Positions 1 to 8,110 of a stretch of DNA of 15,725 bases are shown in pieces (the stretch's first letter is position 1; every line of letters begins with the position of its first letter). The stretch is from contig JBLIRN010000064.1 of assembly GCA_049472315.1 (NCBI GenBank), positions 1 to 15,725 of the forward strand, read 5' to 3'. The DNA is from a bacterium. GTDB taxonomy: Bacteria > SZUA-182 > DTGQ01 > JAFGSM01. The position numbers were made by a program, and so were the translations under genes. The notes under the pieces are model-generated. The model was not told the origin of the DNA and made no database searches. It saw only the letters and a program-made list of their open reading frames with translations.

Positions 1-176
1 CATACGTCTGGCGGTTCGCGGACACCTGTTGAATACAGGGATGAAATACTGGGTTTCCGTGCTGCAACCCGTGTTAACAGCTCAATGCAGTTCGGAGACG
101 AGGGAAGGAGGGGTGCACCTGTGTGCCTGCGGACGAGCACTACTGCCTGTCGGCGAAGCTTCGGATTAGCATGGGG

Positions 177-1127
177 CTAGAGACGGGCGGCCGGAAAGGC
201 CATGACATCCTCGATGCCCCGGGCACCCAGAAGTGCCATGGCGAGCCGATCAAGGCCGAGGGCGATGCCGCAGCAGGGAGGCAGCAGCCCCTGTTCGAGG
301 AGAAGAAGGAATTTTTGGTCGATCGGATAGACCTCCTTTCCCATTTCCTTCCTCCTCTCCTGGGCCGCTTCGAAACGCTCACGTTGCTCAACTGGATCGG
401 TCAACTCGGAAAAGGCATTGGCAATCTCCAGGCCGTTCATGTAGAGCTCAAACCTCTCGCACAGATGCGGTTCATCGGGTTTGCATCGTGCAAGGCTGGC
501 AAGTGGTGCCGGAAAGTCTTGGATGATGACCGCCGGCTCCGCGCACAGCCGGGGCTCCACCTTCTCGACAAGATCCAGAAAGAACCGATCCTCGTCCCAT
601 TGCGAGGAGGGCGTCCATCCCGCATACTGCTCGAAGAGCCGGTCAACGGTAAAGCGGGGAAAGGGGGGAGGATTGAGGGTGATGCCCCTTATACCCTGCT
701 CATCGAGTTTATCGACCAGATGCCTCACCAGGTCCTCCACCTCCGACATCAAATAGATATAATCTTTTCCCGCATGATACCATTCGAGCATGCTGAACTC
801 AGGGTTGTGGAGCCCGCCCTGCTCTCCCCTTCTGAAGGCCCTGGTGATCTGGAAGATCCTTGGCATTCCCATGCCCACGAGCCTTTTCATGTGGAGTTCC
901 GGGGAGGTTGCAAGGTACAGGTCCCCCTCCGCTGAGATGGCATCGATGTGGGGGTCTATGCCGGGACAGGGAACCAGGAGGGGCGTTTCGACCTCCGCGT
1001 AGGCACGGTCATGGAAAAAATGCCGGATCCCCTGATAGATCCGGTCTCTCGAAAGGAGGGTGGCGAGGAGGGTGGCGTGGTCAGGGTCTGGATTGTGTGC
1101 GCGTTGGGCACTGTTTTCAAGGGTCAC
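177..1127 (-). CDS. epmA: EF-P lysine aminoacylase (EpmA/GenX/PoxA), LysRS catalytic-domain paralog
   Basis: 316 aa with class II aaRS-like motifs EVETPLL, LATSPELHMKRL, FRRGE..HNPEFSMLEWY, ERFELY..GLEIANAFSEL and GIALGLDRL, and no anticodon-binding domain. The GTG start overlaps the efp TGA stop (GTGA, 1124-1127). Confidence 0.95.
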   Translation of the reverse strand: MTLENSAQRAHNPDPDHATLLATLLSRDRIYQGIRHFFHDRAYAEVETPLLVPCPGIDPHIDAISAEGDLYLATSPELHMKRLVGMGMPRIFQITRAFRRGEQGGLHNPEFSMLEWYHAGKDYIYLMSEVEDLVRHLVDKLDEQGIRGITLNPPPFPRFTVDRLFEQYAGWTPSSQWDEDRFFLDLVEKVEPRLCAEPAVIIQDFPAPLASLARCKPDEPHLCERFELYMNGLEIANAFSELTDPVEQRERFEAAQERRKEMGKEVYPIDQKFLLLLEQGLLPPCCGIALGLDRLAMALLGARGIEDVMAFPAARL

Positions 1128-1687
1128 TTCTTGACCCGTTCGACATAGGCACCTGTCCGGGTATCCACCAGGAGCCAGTCCCCTTCGTTGATAAAGAAGG
1201 GAACCTGGATCTTTGCGCCGGTATTCATGATGGCGGGTTTGCTCCCTCCGGAGGCGGTGTCGCCCTTAACCCCCGGTTCCGTCTCCGTAACCTGCAGCTC
1301 GACGAAGTTGGGCAGATTCATGCCGATTGCCTGTCCCTTGAAGAAGAGGACCTCAACCTCGAGGTTTTCAACCAGATAATCCTTTGCATCACCCACCTGG
1401 GCCTCGTCAAGCTCGATCTGTTCATAGGTTTCCGTGTTCATGAAATGGTATCTGTTATCCATGCTGTAAAGGAATTGGACGGAATGGGCCTCCAGCGAGG
1501 CAGGCTCGAACTTTTCCCCCGATCGGAAGGTCTTGTCCAGGACGTTGCCGGTAATCATGTTCTTGAGCCTGGTGCGGGTAAAGGCAACCCCCTTTCCCGG
1601 CTTGACAAATTGAAAATCGATCACGATATAGGGGTCCCCATCCAGTTGTATCTTCAGATTCTTCCTGATGTCCGACGTTTCATACAT
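1124..1687 (-). CDS. efp: Translation elongation factor P
   Basis: 187 aa with the KPGKG loop (modifiable Lys), PGVKGDTA and VPFFINEGD...DTRTGAYVER. GGAG lies upstream of the ATG. Confidence 0.98.
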   Translation of the reverse strand: MYETSDIRKNLKIQLDGDPYIVIDFQFVKPGKGVAFTRTRLKNMITGNVLDKTFRSGEKFEPASLEAHSVQFLYSMDNRYHFMNTETYEQIELDEAQVGDAKDYLVENLEVEVLFFKGQAIGMNLPNFVELQVTETEPGVKGDTASGGSKPAIMNTGAKIQVPFFINEGDWLLVDTRTGAYVERVKK

Positions 1688-1776
1688 ACGTGGTCTCCGT
1701 TTTTACGATGGTTCGAACAGGTGTCATCACGCCTTCGCCCTTGCCGACGACTGCATACAATACAAAAGATAACAAG

Positions 1777-2631
1777 TTATTTTAATTTTTCCAATTGCTC
1801 CTTGGCCATGCCGGCCTGCTCCGATTGGGGGTAGTGCCGAATCAGGTCCTTGAGAAGGATCGTCGCCTCCTCCTTTCGGTTCAATTTCAAAAAGGAGAGG
1901 GCCTGTTTCAGCAGGGCTGCCGGGACCTTATCCCCTGAAGGGAAGTCCTTTTTAACCTTTTCATACTCCAGGATCGCCTCCTCGAACCGGTTCCTCCGAT
2001 AAAGGCTCTCTCCGATCCAGAAACGGGCATTATCGGAAAATTTTCCCCGGGGATACTTTGCAAGGAAGGCGTTGAAGAGAGCCTGCGCCGCATCGAACTC
2101 CCCCCGCATAAATGCCTCGTACGCCCGGTTGTAAAAGGACTCCTCATCAAGGCTCTCCAAGTCGGCCCCAAGATGAGGGATCGTACCGGCGTGCGATTCC
2201 TGAACGGCCTTCACCTCCTGCGATAGTTTCTCCACCATCCCTGAAAGCTGGTCGAGCTTTATCGACGCCTCCTCGACCTTACGTTCAGTGTCCTGGGAGG
2301 ATCGATCCGAAAGCTGCTTGTACTCCTCGATCCGTGCCTCCACCATCAATACCTGCTCGTGCTCATGACGCACCTGATTGCTGAGATCGGCAAGCCTTTT
2401 CCTGATCTCCTGGAGCGCCTCATCATGCTGTGCATCCCTCTCCCGAAGCTCCTTCACCCCCTTCTCTGCATTCTCCAGCCGGTCTCGATGGGTGAAGATT
2501 CGTTCATTGGCAAGCATAATGTCCTGCGTTGTTGCGCACCCGCATACAAAAAGGACCACGGCCGCACACATCAACACCAAGACCCTTACGGGATGCAATG
2601 CAGAAATAATCATACCGGTATCGTCCCTCAT
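1777..2631 (-). CDS. cpoB: Tol-Pal system protein CpoB/YbgF (coiled coil plus TPR), probable lipoprotein
   Basis: Hydrophobic leader ending VCGC, a long coiled coil, then TPRs (YNRAYEAF...FLAKYP...NARFWIGESLY...KVPAALLK...LIRHYPQS). It lies directly after pal. The start could be a slightly later Met. Confidence 0.92.
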   Translation of the reverse strand: MRDDTGMIISALHPVRVLVLMCAAVVLFVCGCATTQDIMLANERIFTHRDRLENAEKGVKELRERDAQHDEALQEIRKRLADLSNQVRHEHEQVLMVEARIEEYKQLSDRSSQDTERKVEEASIKLDQLSGMVEKLSQEVKAVQESHAGTIPHLGADLESLDEESFYNRAYEAFMRGEFDAAQALFNAFLAKYPRGKFSDNARFWIGESLYRRNRFEEAILEYEKVKKDFPSGDKVPAALLKQALSFLKLNRKEEATILLKDLIRHYPQSEQAGMAKEQLEKLK

Positions 2632-2709
2632 GGTATCCGCCCTGAATCATACGGGATCACAATGCCGCCGTAATGACGACGCCGCTCACCGATGTTTCCG
2701 AACATGCCC

Positions 2710-3300
2710 TTACCGGGAGAGAATGACGAAATGCGACCGCCTGTTCTTTGCCCATGCCTCCTCGTTGCTGCGCGGATCTACGGGCATCTCTTCGCCGTAG
2801 CTGATGGTGGAGATATTTTTTTCAGGGATACCCAGGGAGAGCAGGTAATTCTTGACGCTCTGCGCCCTTCTTTCTCCGAGGGCAAGGTTGTATTCCTTTG
2901 TACCCCGTTCGTCGCAATGCCCTTCCACCTGGAACCTTGCATTGGGAATGCCCTTCATGATAAGCGCGTTTTCCGCAACGGTCCTTCGCGCCTCCGGCGT
3001 GAGATCGTAGCGATCGAATTCAAAATGGCAGTCCTTGAGCATGGGCGTTTCATAGACTTCACCCTCAATGCCGGGATAGGTCTTCTTGGCTATCGTCGAA
3101 TCGAGCCGTTCCACATCGATCTTGGAGGGAGGGGCCGCCTTTTCCTCCGGCCGTTTCACCATCTCCCCCTCGACTGCCTCAACCGGGGGCAATGGGCGTG
3201 CAGCCCTCTGTTGAACGGGACGGGCGCATCCCCCCAGCATCATGAAACCAATGCAGACTACAACGATACCCCAGGGTACATTTCTTTTGTTACACATCAT
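2710..3300 (-). CDS. pal: Peptidoglycan-associated lipoprotein Pal
   Basis: Lipobox LGGC and an OmpA-like domain (HFEFDRYDL, VEGHCDERGTKEYNLALGERRA, ISYGEE.P, WAKNRR). GAGGAGG RBS. Confidence 0.96.
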   Translation of the reverse strand: MMCNKRNVPWGIVVVCIGFMMLGGCARPVQQRAARPLPPVEAVEGEMVKRPEEKAAPPSKIDVERLDSTIAKKTYPGIEGEVYETPMLKDCHFEFDRYDLTPEARRTVAENALIMKGIPNARFQVEGHCDERGTKEYNLALGERRAQSVKNYLLSLGIPEKNISTISYGEEMPVDPRSNEEAWAKNRRSHFVILSR

Positions 3301-3384
3301 CGCAAACCCTCCTCTCTCCTCTCGGGTCGAACCCGATTCACGGTTGAACGATGCATGGAGCGGGATCCGGCCCTATTCCCGTGT

Positions 3385-4710
3385 TCACAAGAAATAGGGA
3401 GACCATGCAGGTGCGGTTTCCTCATATCCTGATTGTGTGAGCTGCCGTATATTCGCCCCATTGGCATTCATGCAATATATGTGGACGGTCCCCGTCCGGT
3501 CGGAGCTGAAGGCGATGAAACGCCCGTCCGGGGACCATGTCGGGTCTTCATTGTTGCCTGCATCCCGGGTCAATCGTTTGATATCCTTGCCGTCGGGCTT
3601 GCAGGTATAGATGTCGAACCGCCCGTTCATCATACCACAAAAGGCAATCCGGTCACCCAGAGGGGACCATGCGGGCGATGCATTATAGACACCTTCAAAG
3701 GTGATTCGGGTGAGCTCCCTTCCATTGGCATGGATCGTATAGATCTGGGGAGATCCCGAACGATCCGAAACAAAGGCGAGCATCTGCCCGTCCGGCGACC
3801 ACGTGGGGGATGACTCGTTTCCTCCCCTGGTGGTCAGGAATACGGGATTATCACCTCTTGTCGTATCGATCACGGCAATACCGGTCCTGTCATCCCTCCG
3901 CATCATGAGGGCGATCTGTCTACCGTCCGGGGACCACGCCGGCGCACCGTTTACCCCCGGCCTGGACGAAAGGATTTTGAATCCCTTTGTTACCCGGTTA
4001 TGGATATACAGATCCGGATTTCTTCGCCGAAAACAGGTGTATGCAATCTGTTTGCCGTCAGTGGACCACGCCGGGGAAAGGCATATGGATTCATGCCTGG
4101 TCAGCATGGTCAATCCCTTGCCGTCAAAGTCGATGGTGTAAATCTCTTTGATTTTGTTTCGGTTGGTTACAAAGGCGATCTTGGTATGGGCGACCCCGAC
4201 CTGCCCGGTGAGATGGAAGGTGATCTCATCGGCGATGCGGTGTGCGATGTCCCTCATCTCTTCCTGGGGGGCTGCGTATTTGAGCCCCGTTACAAAGGAT
4301 TGCTCGACCAGATCGAAGAGCCTGAAAAAGGCCTCGAGTTTATCGCCGGTCACGGTCACCCCTCCGGTGACCAGTGCCTCGCTCACGTGCATCTGCCACG
4401 GCGAAAGGTCAATCTGGTCCGGGTTCTTCAGGGATTCCATCGCCCCCGGGGGGAATGAATCAGGTCCGCTCACGTCAAAAAAACCGGAGATCTCCAGATC
4501 GTTGACCATGATGGAACGAATCTGGTCTGCCAGAAACTGGGATGCCCCATCCGTATATGTAAAGGGCGCCACGGCAATGGGAAACGGGACCAGTTCGGGG
4601 CCGTAGATATCGATCCTGATGCGGGCCTGCGCATTCGAAGACAGGCACACCAGGAGCATGATAACGGATATGAAAAAAATTTTCCCTGTATAAAAGATTC
4701 TTTTCATCAT
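3385..4710 (-). CDS. tolB: Tol-Pal beta-propeller protein TolB
   Basis: Signal peptide ending AQA, TolB N-domain (PIAVAPF, DLEISGFF, AHRIADEI), and repeated PD40 motifs (PAWSPDG, PTWSPDG). Confidence 0.96.
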   Translation of the reverse strand: MMKRIFYTGKIFFISVIMLLVCLSSNAQARIRIDIYGPELVPFPIAVAPFTYTDGASQFLADQIRSIMVNDLEISGFFDVSGPDSFPPGAMESLKNPDQIDLSPWQMHVSEALVTGGVTVTGDKLEAFFRLFDLVEQSFVTGLKYAAPQEEMRDIAHRIADEITFHLTGQVGVAHTKIAFVTNRNKIKEIYTIDFDGKGLTMLTRHESICLSPAWSTDGKQIAYTCFRRRNPDLYIHNRVTKGFKILSSRPGVNGAPAWSPDGRQIALMMRRDDRTGIAVIDTTRGDNPVFLTTRGGNESSPTWSPDGQMLAFVSDRSGSPQIYTIHANGRELTRITFEGVYNASPAWSPLGDRIAFCGMMNGRFDIYTCKPDGKDIKRLTRDAGNNEDPTWSPDGRFIAFSSDRTGTVHIYCMNANGANIRQLTQSGYEETAPAWSPYFL

Positions 4711-4766
4711 CTCATCTTAGCAATTCAGATAAACCGCCGGCATGATACCTACCCGAAGGCGCCGGT

Positions 4767-5516
4767 CTATCCAATGTGGTCGGAATAAAACCTGATCTCG
4801 AATTCAAGCTCTTGCTCCTCCACCCCCACCGGCGGAGGCGGAAACGGAGCGGCCTTCTTGATCGCCCGCAGTGTGGATTCATCGAACGGATGAAACCCGG
4901 AGCGTTTTTCAAGCCGTACATCGGACAATTCGCCATTCGGTTTCAATCGTATCACCACGATCGCATCAAGATCGCCCATGTCATTGGAAAAAGTCTTCGG
5001 AATTGACCAGTGCTCCTTTATCCTGCGATCGATATCCGCGGCGTATAACTGAAGCTGCCGTTCGATAAACCTGGGCGACACCTCGGCAACCTGCGGCTCC
5101 TGTCTGGCGGCCAGAGACTTCTTTATCTCCTCGATCGCATCGCTTACCTTTTTTTCGTTCTCCTTCTGATCGGGCCTTTCCGCCTCGACCGGCTTCTTTT
5201 GAGGGGCCGGCGCCTTCTCTTCCTTTTTCTCCGCCTTCTTTAAAGGTATCCCCTTTTTCGGCTCCGGGGGTTTCTTGGGCTCCGGCTTCTTGACGACCGG
5301 CTCGGGCGGCTTCGGAGGCGGGGGCTTCGGTTTCTCTTTTTGCACGGGCGGAGACACCACGGGTCTCGGGGAGGATTCAGCCATTTCCACCAGGCGTATG
5401 GGATAGAAGACCTTTTTTTCCTTGAGCCTGGCTCTTTTTAAGACAATACCACCCCCCGCAAGACCGACCAGATGGATAGCCAACGATATCAGCAAGGCTT
5501 TCTTTATAGGCGTCAT
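4767..5516 (-). CDS. tolA: TolA/TonB-family energy transducer (TolA by context)
   Basis: N-terminal TM helix with S-x3-H (ISLAIH), Pro/Lys/Glu-rich linker, and a TonB_C/TolA C-domain (IKEHW..P, G......LEKRSG...FDESTLRAIKKAAPFPPPP). It sits directly upstream of tolB-pal. Confidence 0.85.
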   Translation of the reverse strand: MTPIKKALLISLAIHLVGLAGGGIVLKRARLKEKKVFYPIRLVEMAESSPRPVVSPPVQKEKPKPPPPKPPEPVVKKPEPKKPPEPKKGIPLKKAEKKEEKAPAPQKKPVEAERPDQKENEKKVSDAIEEIKKSLAARQEPQVAEVSPRFIERQLQLYAADIDRRIKEHWSIPKTFSNDMGDLDAIVVIRLKPNGELSDVRLEKRSGFHPFDESTLRAIKKAAPFPPPPVGVEEQELEFEIRFYSDHIG

Positions 5517-5656
5517 AATGGCCGGGATAAGGCTCGTTCACCGCACACCCGCCCGTGAGTGTGCATGTAATATCCATTCATTGATCGTACAACAATAGCA
5601 CCATTGCAATCGGTATACCAGCAGCGGCCAGCTAGTATACCGGCATAAAGGTATCC

Positions 5657-5685
5657 ATTATAAACTACCCCATCGCCGCAGACAA
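5657..5685 (-). promoter_or_regulatory. Sigma70-type promoter for tolA-tolB-pal-cpoB
   Basis: The minus strand reads TTGTCT (5685-5680), 17-nt spacer, TATAAT (5662-5657). Confidence 0.7.
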
Positions 5686-5702
5686 GCCGCGTTCACTCCA
5701 CA

Positions 5703-5734
5703 GAAAATATCGGCCCTTTCGTTGCAAGGGGCCG
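5703..5734 (-). terminator. Possible intrinsic terminator after acs
   Basis: Minus strand CGGCCCCTT-GCAACG-AAAGGGCCG followed by ATATTTTCT, about 30 nt after the acs stop. The U-tract is imperfect. Confidence 0.45.
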
Positions 5735-5762
5735 CCGTGATTCATGCTTCGACCCGATGATG

Positions 5763-7679
5763 CTACTCATCGAGGGTGGTCAAATCCCCGGGATCGATGC
5801 CCAGGGCCCGCGCCTTCAATACGCGCCGCATGATCTTCCCGCTCCGTGTCTTGGGAAGCGAATCAACGAATTCAATCGTCTCTGGGCGGGCAATGGGGCC
5901 CATTTCATGGGCAACATGAACCTTCAATGTTTCAACCAGTTCCTTGCTGCCGGATACCCCGGCCCTGAGGATGACAAAGGCATGAATCGCATTTCCCTTC
6001 AGCTCGTGAGGCAGCGCTATCGCCGCCGCCTCCGATACATCCGGATGGCTGACCAGCGCGCTTTCCACCTCGGCGGTGCCCAGACGGTATCCGCTCACCT
6101 TGATCACCTCATCGACACGGGCGATGACCCACAGATATCCATCCTTGTCGATCCGGGCCGAATCCCCTGTCTTGTACCAGCCGTATTTCTCGAAGGTCTT
6201 CCAGTACAGCTCGACAAAACGATCGGGGTCCTTATGTATCGTGCGGGCCATACCGGGCCACGGGGACTTTATCACCAGATATCCCTCCTCCCCGGCTCCC
6301 ACCTCCTCTCCTTTTTCATTGACCACCCCCACCTCGTTTCCGAAAAAGGGCTTGAATACCGAACCGGGCTTCAGCGGGGAAACGGGCAACGGGGTGATGA
6401 CGAATCCCCCTGTCTCAGTCTGCCACCAGGTATCCATAATGGGACAGGATTTATTCCCGATGACCGTGTGATACCAGCGCCATGCCTCAGGATTGATGGG
6501 CTCTCCGACCGAGCCGAGCAGGCGCAGGCTGGATAGATCATGCCGCTTGGCCCACTGGTCTCCGAACCTCATCAGCCCGCGAATTGCAGTCGGAGAGGTA
6601 TAGAGAATCGTTACGCCGTGCCGCTCGATCATGTTCCACCAGCGATTCGGGTAGGGGTGGTTGGGGGCGCCCTCATACAAGATGATGGTGGCGCCGTTGA
6701 TCAGCGGGGCGTACACGATGTAGCTGTGCCCGGTTATCCAGCCGGGATCGGCTGCGCACCACCACCGATCATCATCCCTGATGTCGAATACGTAGCGATG
6801 GGTGGTGGCGGTGTACACGGAATAGCCGCCGTGGGTGTGCACCACCCCCTTGGGCCGCCCTGTAGTGCCCGATGTATACAAGACAAACAGCATATCCTCG
6901 GCATCCATGACCTCGGTCTCGCATGACGGGCTGGCAATGGGCAATCCCATGAGGTCATGGTACCAGAAATCGCGGTCGTTCTCCATGTACACCTCATGCC
7001 CGGTGCGTCTGACCGTGATGCACACCTCAATGGTTGGGGAGCGGGTGATCGCCTCATTCACCACCCCCTTCAGGTCCTTGATCTTTCCCCGGCGCCATCC
7101 GCCGTCCGCTGTCACCAGCACGCGGCTATGGGCGTCTTCGATGCGCTCCGCAAGGGCCTCGACACTGAAGCCGCCGTATACCACGCTGTGGACCGCCCCT
7201 ATCTTCGCACAGGCGAGCATGGCGATGACAAGCTCCGGAATCTGCGGCATATAGATGGTGACGATGTCCCCCTTTTTCACCCCCATGCTCTTCAGTACAT
7301 TCGCGAATTTCGAAACCTGCCGGTTGAGTTCATAGTAGGAATAGGCGCGGATTTCCCCGGGCTCCCCCTCCCAGATCAGTGCAAGCTTGTTTTTCCGCCA
7401 CGTTTTCAGATGCCGGTCAATCGCGTTGTCAATGATATTGATCTTCCCTCCGGAAAACCACTTATAGAAGGGCTTGTTGCTGTCATCAAGAACCGTTTCC
7501 CATCTCTTGAACCAGGAGAGCTGCTCCGCCTCCCTTTCCCAAAATCCTGCTCGGTCCTCTATCGACTTCTTGTAGAGGGAATCATACTCCTTGAGATGCG
7601 CCTCGTCGATAACCCGTTGTGAAGGATAGTAGATTTCCGCGTCCTTTCCTTGAACCTTTTCCTCCGGCTTCCCGATCAT
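5763..7679 (-). CDS. acs: Acetyl-CoA synthetase (AMP-forming acetate--CoA ligase)
   Basis: Motifs YTSGTTGRPKG, ADPGWITGHSY, GSVGEPINP, DTWWQTETGG, TGD and PKTRSGKIMRR (catalytic, acetylatable Lys). I moved the start to ATG 7679, which has TGGAGG just upstream. The ORF-track start at 7745 lies inside the repeat array. Confidence 0.96.
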   Translation of the reverse strand: MIGKPEEKVQGKDAEIYYPSQRVIDEAHLKEYDSLYKKSIEDRAGFWEREAEQLSWFKRWETVLDDSNKPFYKWFSGGKINIIDNAIDRHLKTWRKNKLALIWEGEPGEIRAYSYYELNRQVSKFANVLKSMGVKKGDIVTIYMPQIPELVIAMLACAKIGAVHSVVYGGFSVEALAERIEDAHSRVLVTADGGWRRGKIKDLKGVVNEAITRSPTIEVCITVRRTGHEVYMENDRDFWYHDLMGLPIASPSCETEVMDAEDMLFVLYTSGTTGRPKGVVHTHGGYSVYTATTHRYVFDIRDDDRWWCAADPGWITGHSYIVYAPLINGATIILYEGAPNHPYPNRWWNMIERHGVTILYTSPTAIRGLMRFGDQWAKRHDLSSLRLLGSVGEPINPEAWRWYHTVIGNKSCPIMDTWWQTETGGFVITPLPVSPLKPGSVFKPFFGNEVGVVNEKGEEVGAGEEGYLVIKSPWPGMARTIHKDPDRFVELYWKTFEKYGWYKTGDSARIDKDGYLWVIARVDEVIKVSGYRLGTAEVESALVSHPDVSEAAAIALPHELKGNAIHAFVILRAGVSGSKELVETLKVHVAHEMGPIARPETIEFVDSLPKTRSGKIMRRVLKARALGIDPGDLTTLDE

Positions 7680-7684
7680 GAATT

Positions 7685-7952
7685 CCTCCAACCAAACTTT
7701 GTTAGGGCGTAGCGAAGCGAAGCCACTATGCTGCTCTTCCGTCAACCCAAAAGACCCCGAACCCAGCCTTCATCCAAACTTTGTTAGGGCGTAGCGTAGC
7801 GAAGCCACTATGAACCCCACCCGTCCACCATAAAGCCCCCGAACCCAACCTTCATCCAAACTTTGTTAGGGCGTAGCGAAGCGAAGCCACTATGCTGCCC
7901 CTCAGTCAACCATAAAGTCCCCGAACTCAGCCTTCATCCAAACTTTGTTAGG
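7685..7952. repeat. Tandem array with 82-bp period: 3 full units plus a terminal partial unit
   Basis: CCAAACTTTGTTAGG begins at 7692, 7774, 7856 and 7938, exactly 82 bp apart. The conserved block is CCTTCATCCAAACTTTGTTAGGGCGTAGCG(A/T)AGCGAAGCCACTATG. Confidence 0.97.
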
Positions 7953-8029
7953 AAAATTTTTGAACCCTAAACATAGTAACAATTATCGCATAACGCATAA
8001 AAGAGTGTACCTTAGATGGCAAATGGATT

Positions 8030-8110
8030 CAAGGATCGTTGCTGCAGGGGTCATTACCGCAGGAGTCGTTGCTGCAAGGGTCATTCGTGCAAGGATCGTT
8101 CTGCAGGAGT
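8030..8110. repeat. Degenerate 15-bp tandem repeat, about 5.5 copies
   Basis: Units CAAGGATCGTTGCTG (8030), CAGGGGTCATTACCG (8045), CAGGAGTCGTTGCTG (8060), CAAGGGTCATTCGTG (8075), CAAGGATCGTT-CTG (8090, 14 bp) and CAGGAGT (8104). Confidence 0.9.

Noticed and set aside
1..176. Possible start of a downstream gene such as epmB (ATG at 3-1 on the minus strand)
   Set aside because: Only one codon is visible and there is no clear SD, so it cannot be supported.
3322..3336. TCGGG-TTCGA-CCCGA stem resembling a tRNA T-arm, between tolB and pal
   Set aside because: The loop is too short and there is no cloverleaf. It is probably an ordinary intergenic hairpin.
7680..7745. N-terminal extension of Acs from TTG 7745
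   Set aside because: The extension is translated repeat sequence, and ATG 7679 has a strong SD.
7813..7848. G-quadruplex potential on the minus strand of unit 2
   Set aside because: The four G3+ runs are not preserved in units 1 and 3.
7726..7937. Short minus-strand ORFs, one per 82-bp unit (MKAEFGDFMVD*, MKVGFGGFMVDGWGS*, MKAGFGVFWVDGRAA*)
   Set aside because: They lack an SD, the changes are mostly non-synonymous, and one copy has an earlier stop. They are more likely by-products of the DNA repeat, though leader-peptide activity is not excluded.
7685..7952. CRISPR array interpretation (46-nt repeat plus 36-nt spacer)
   Set aside because: The putative spacers are clearly homologous to each other (about 70-80% identical), and there are no cas genes in the window.
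7948..8031. Selenocysteine read-through of the TGA ending the NDPC repeat
   Set aside because: There is no SECIS-like hairpin downstream, and the read-through sequence is AT-rich, promoter-like DNA.
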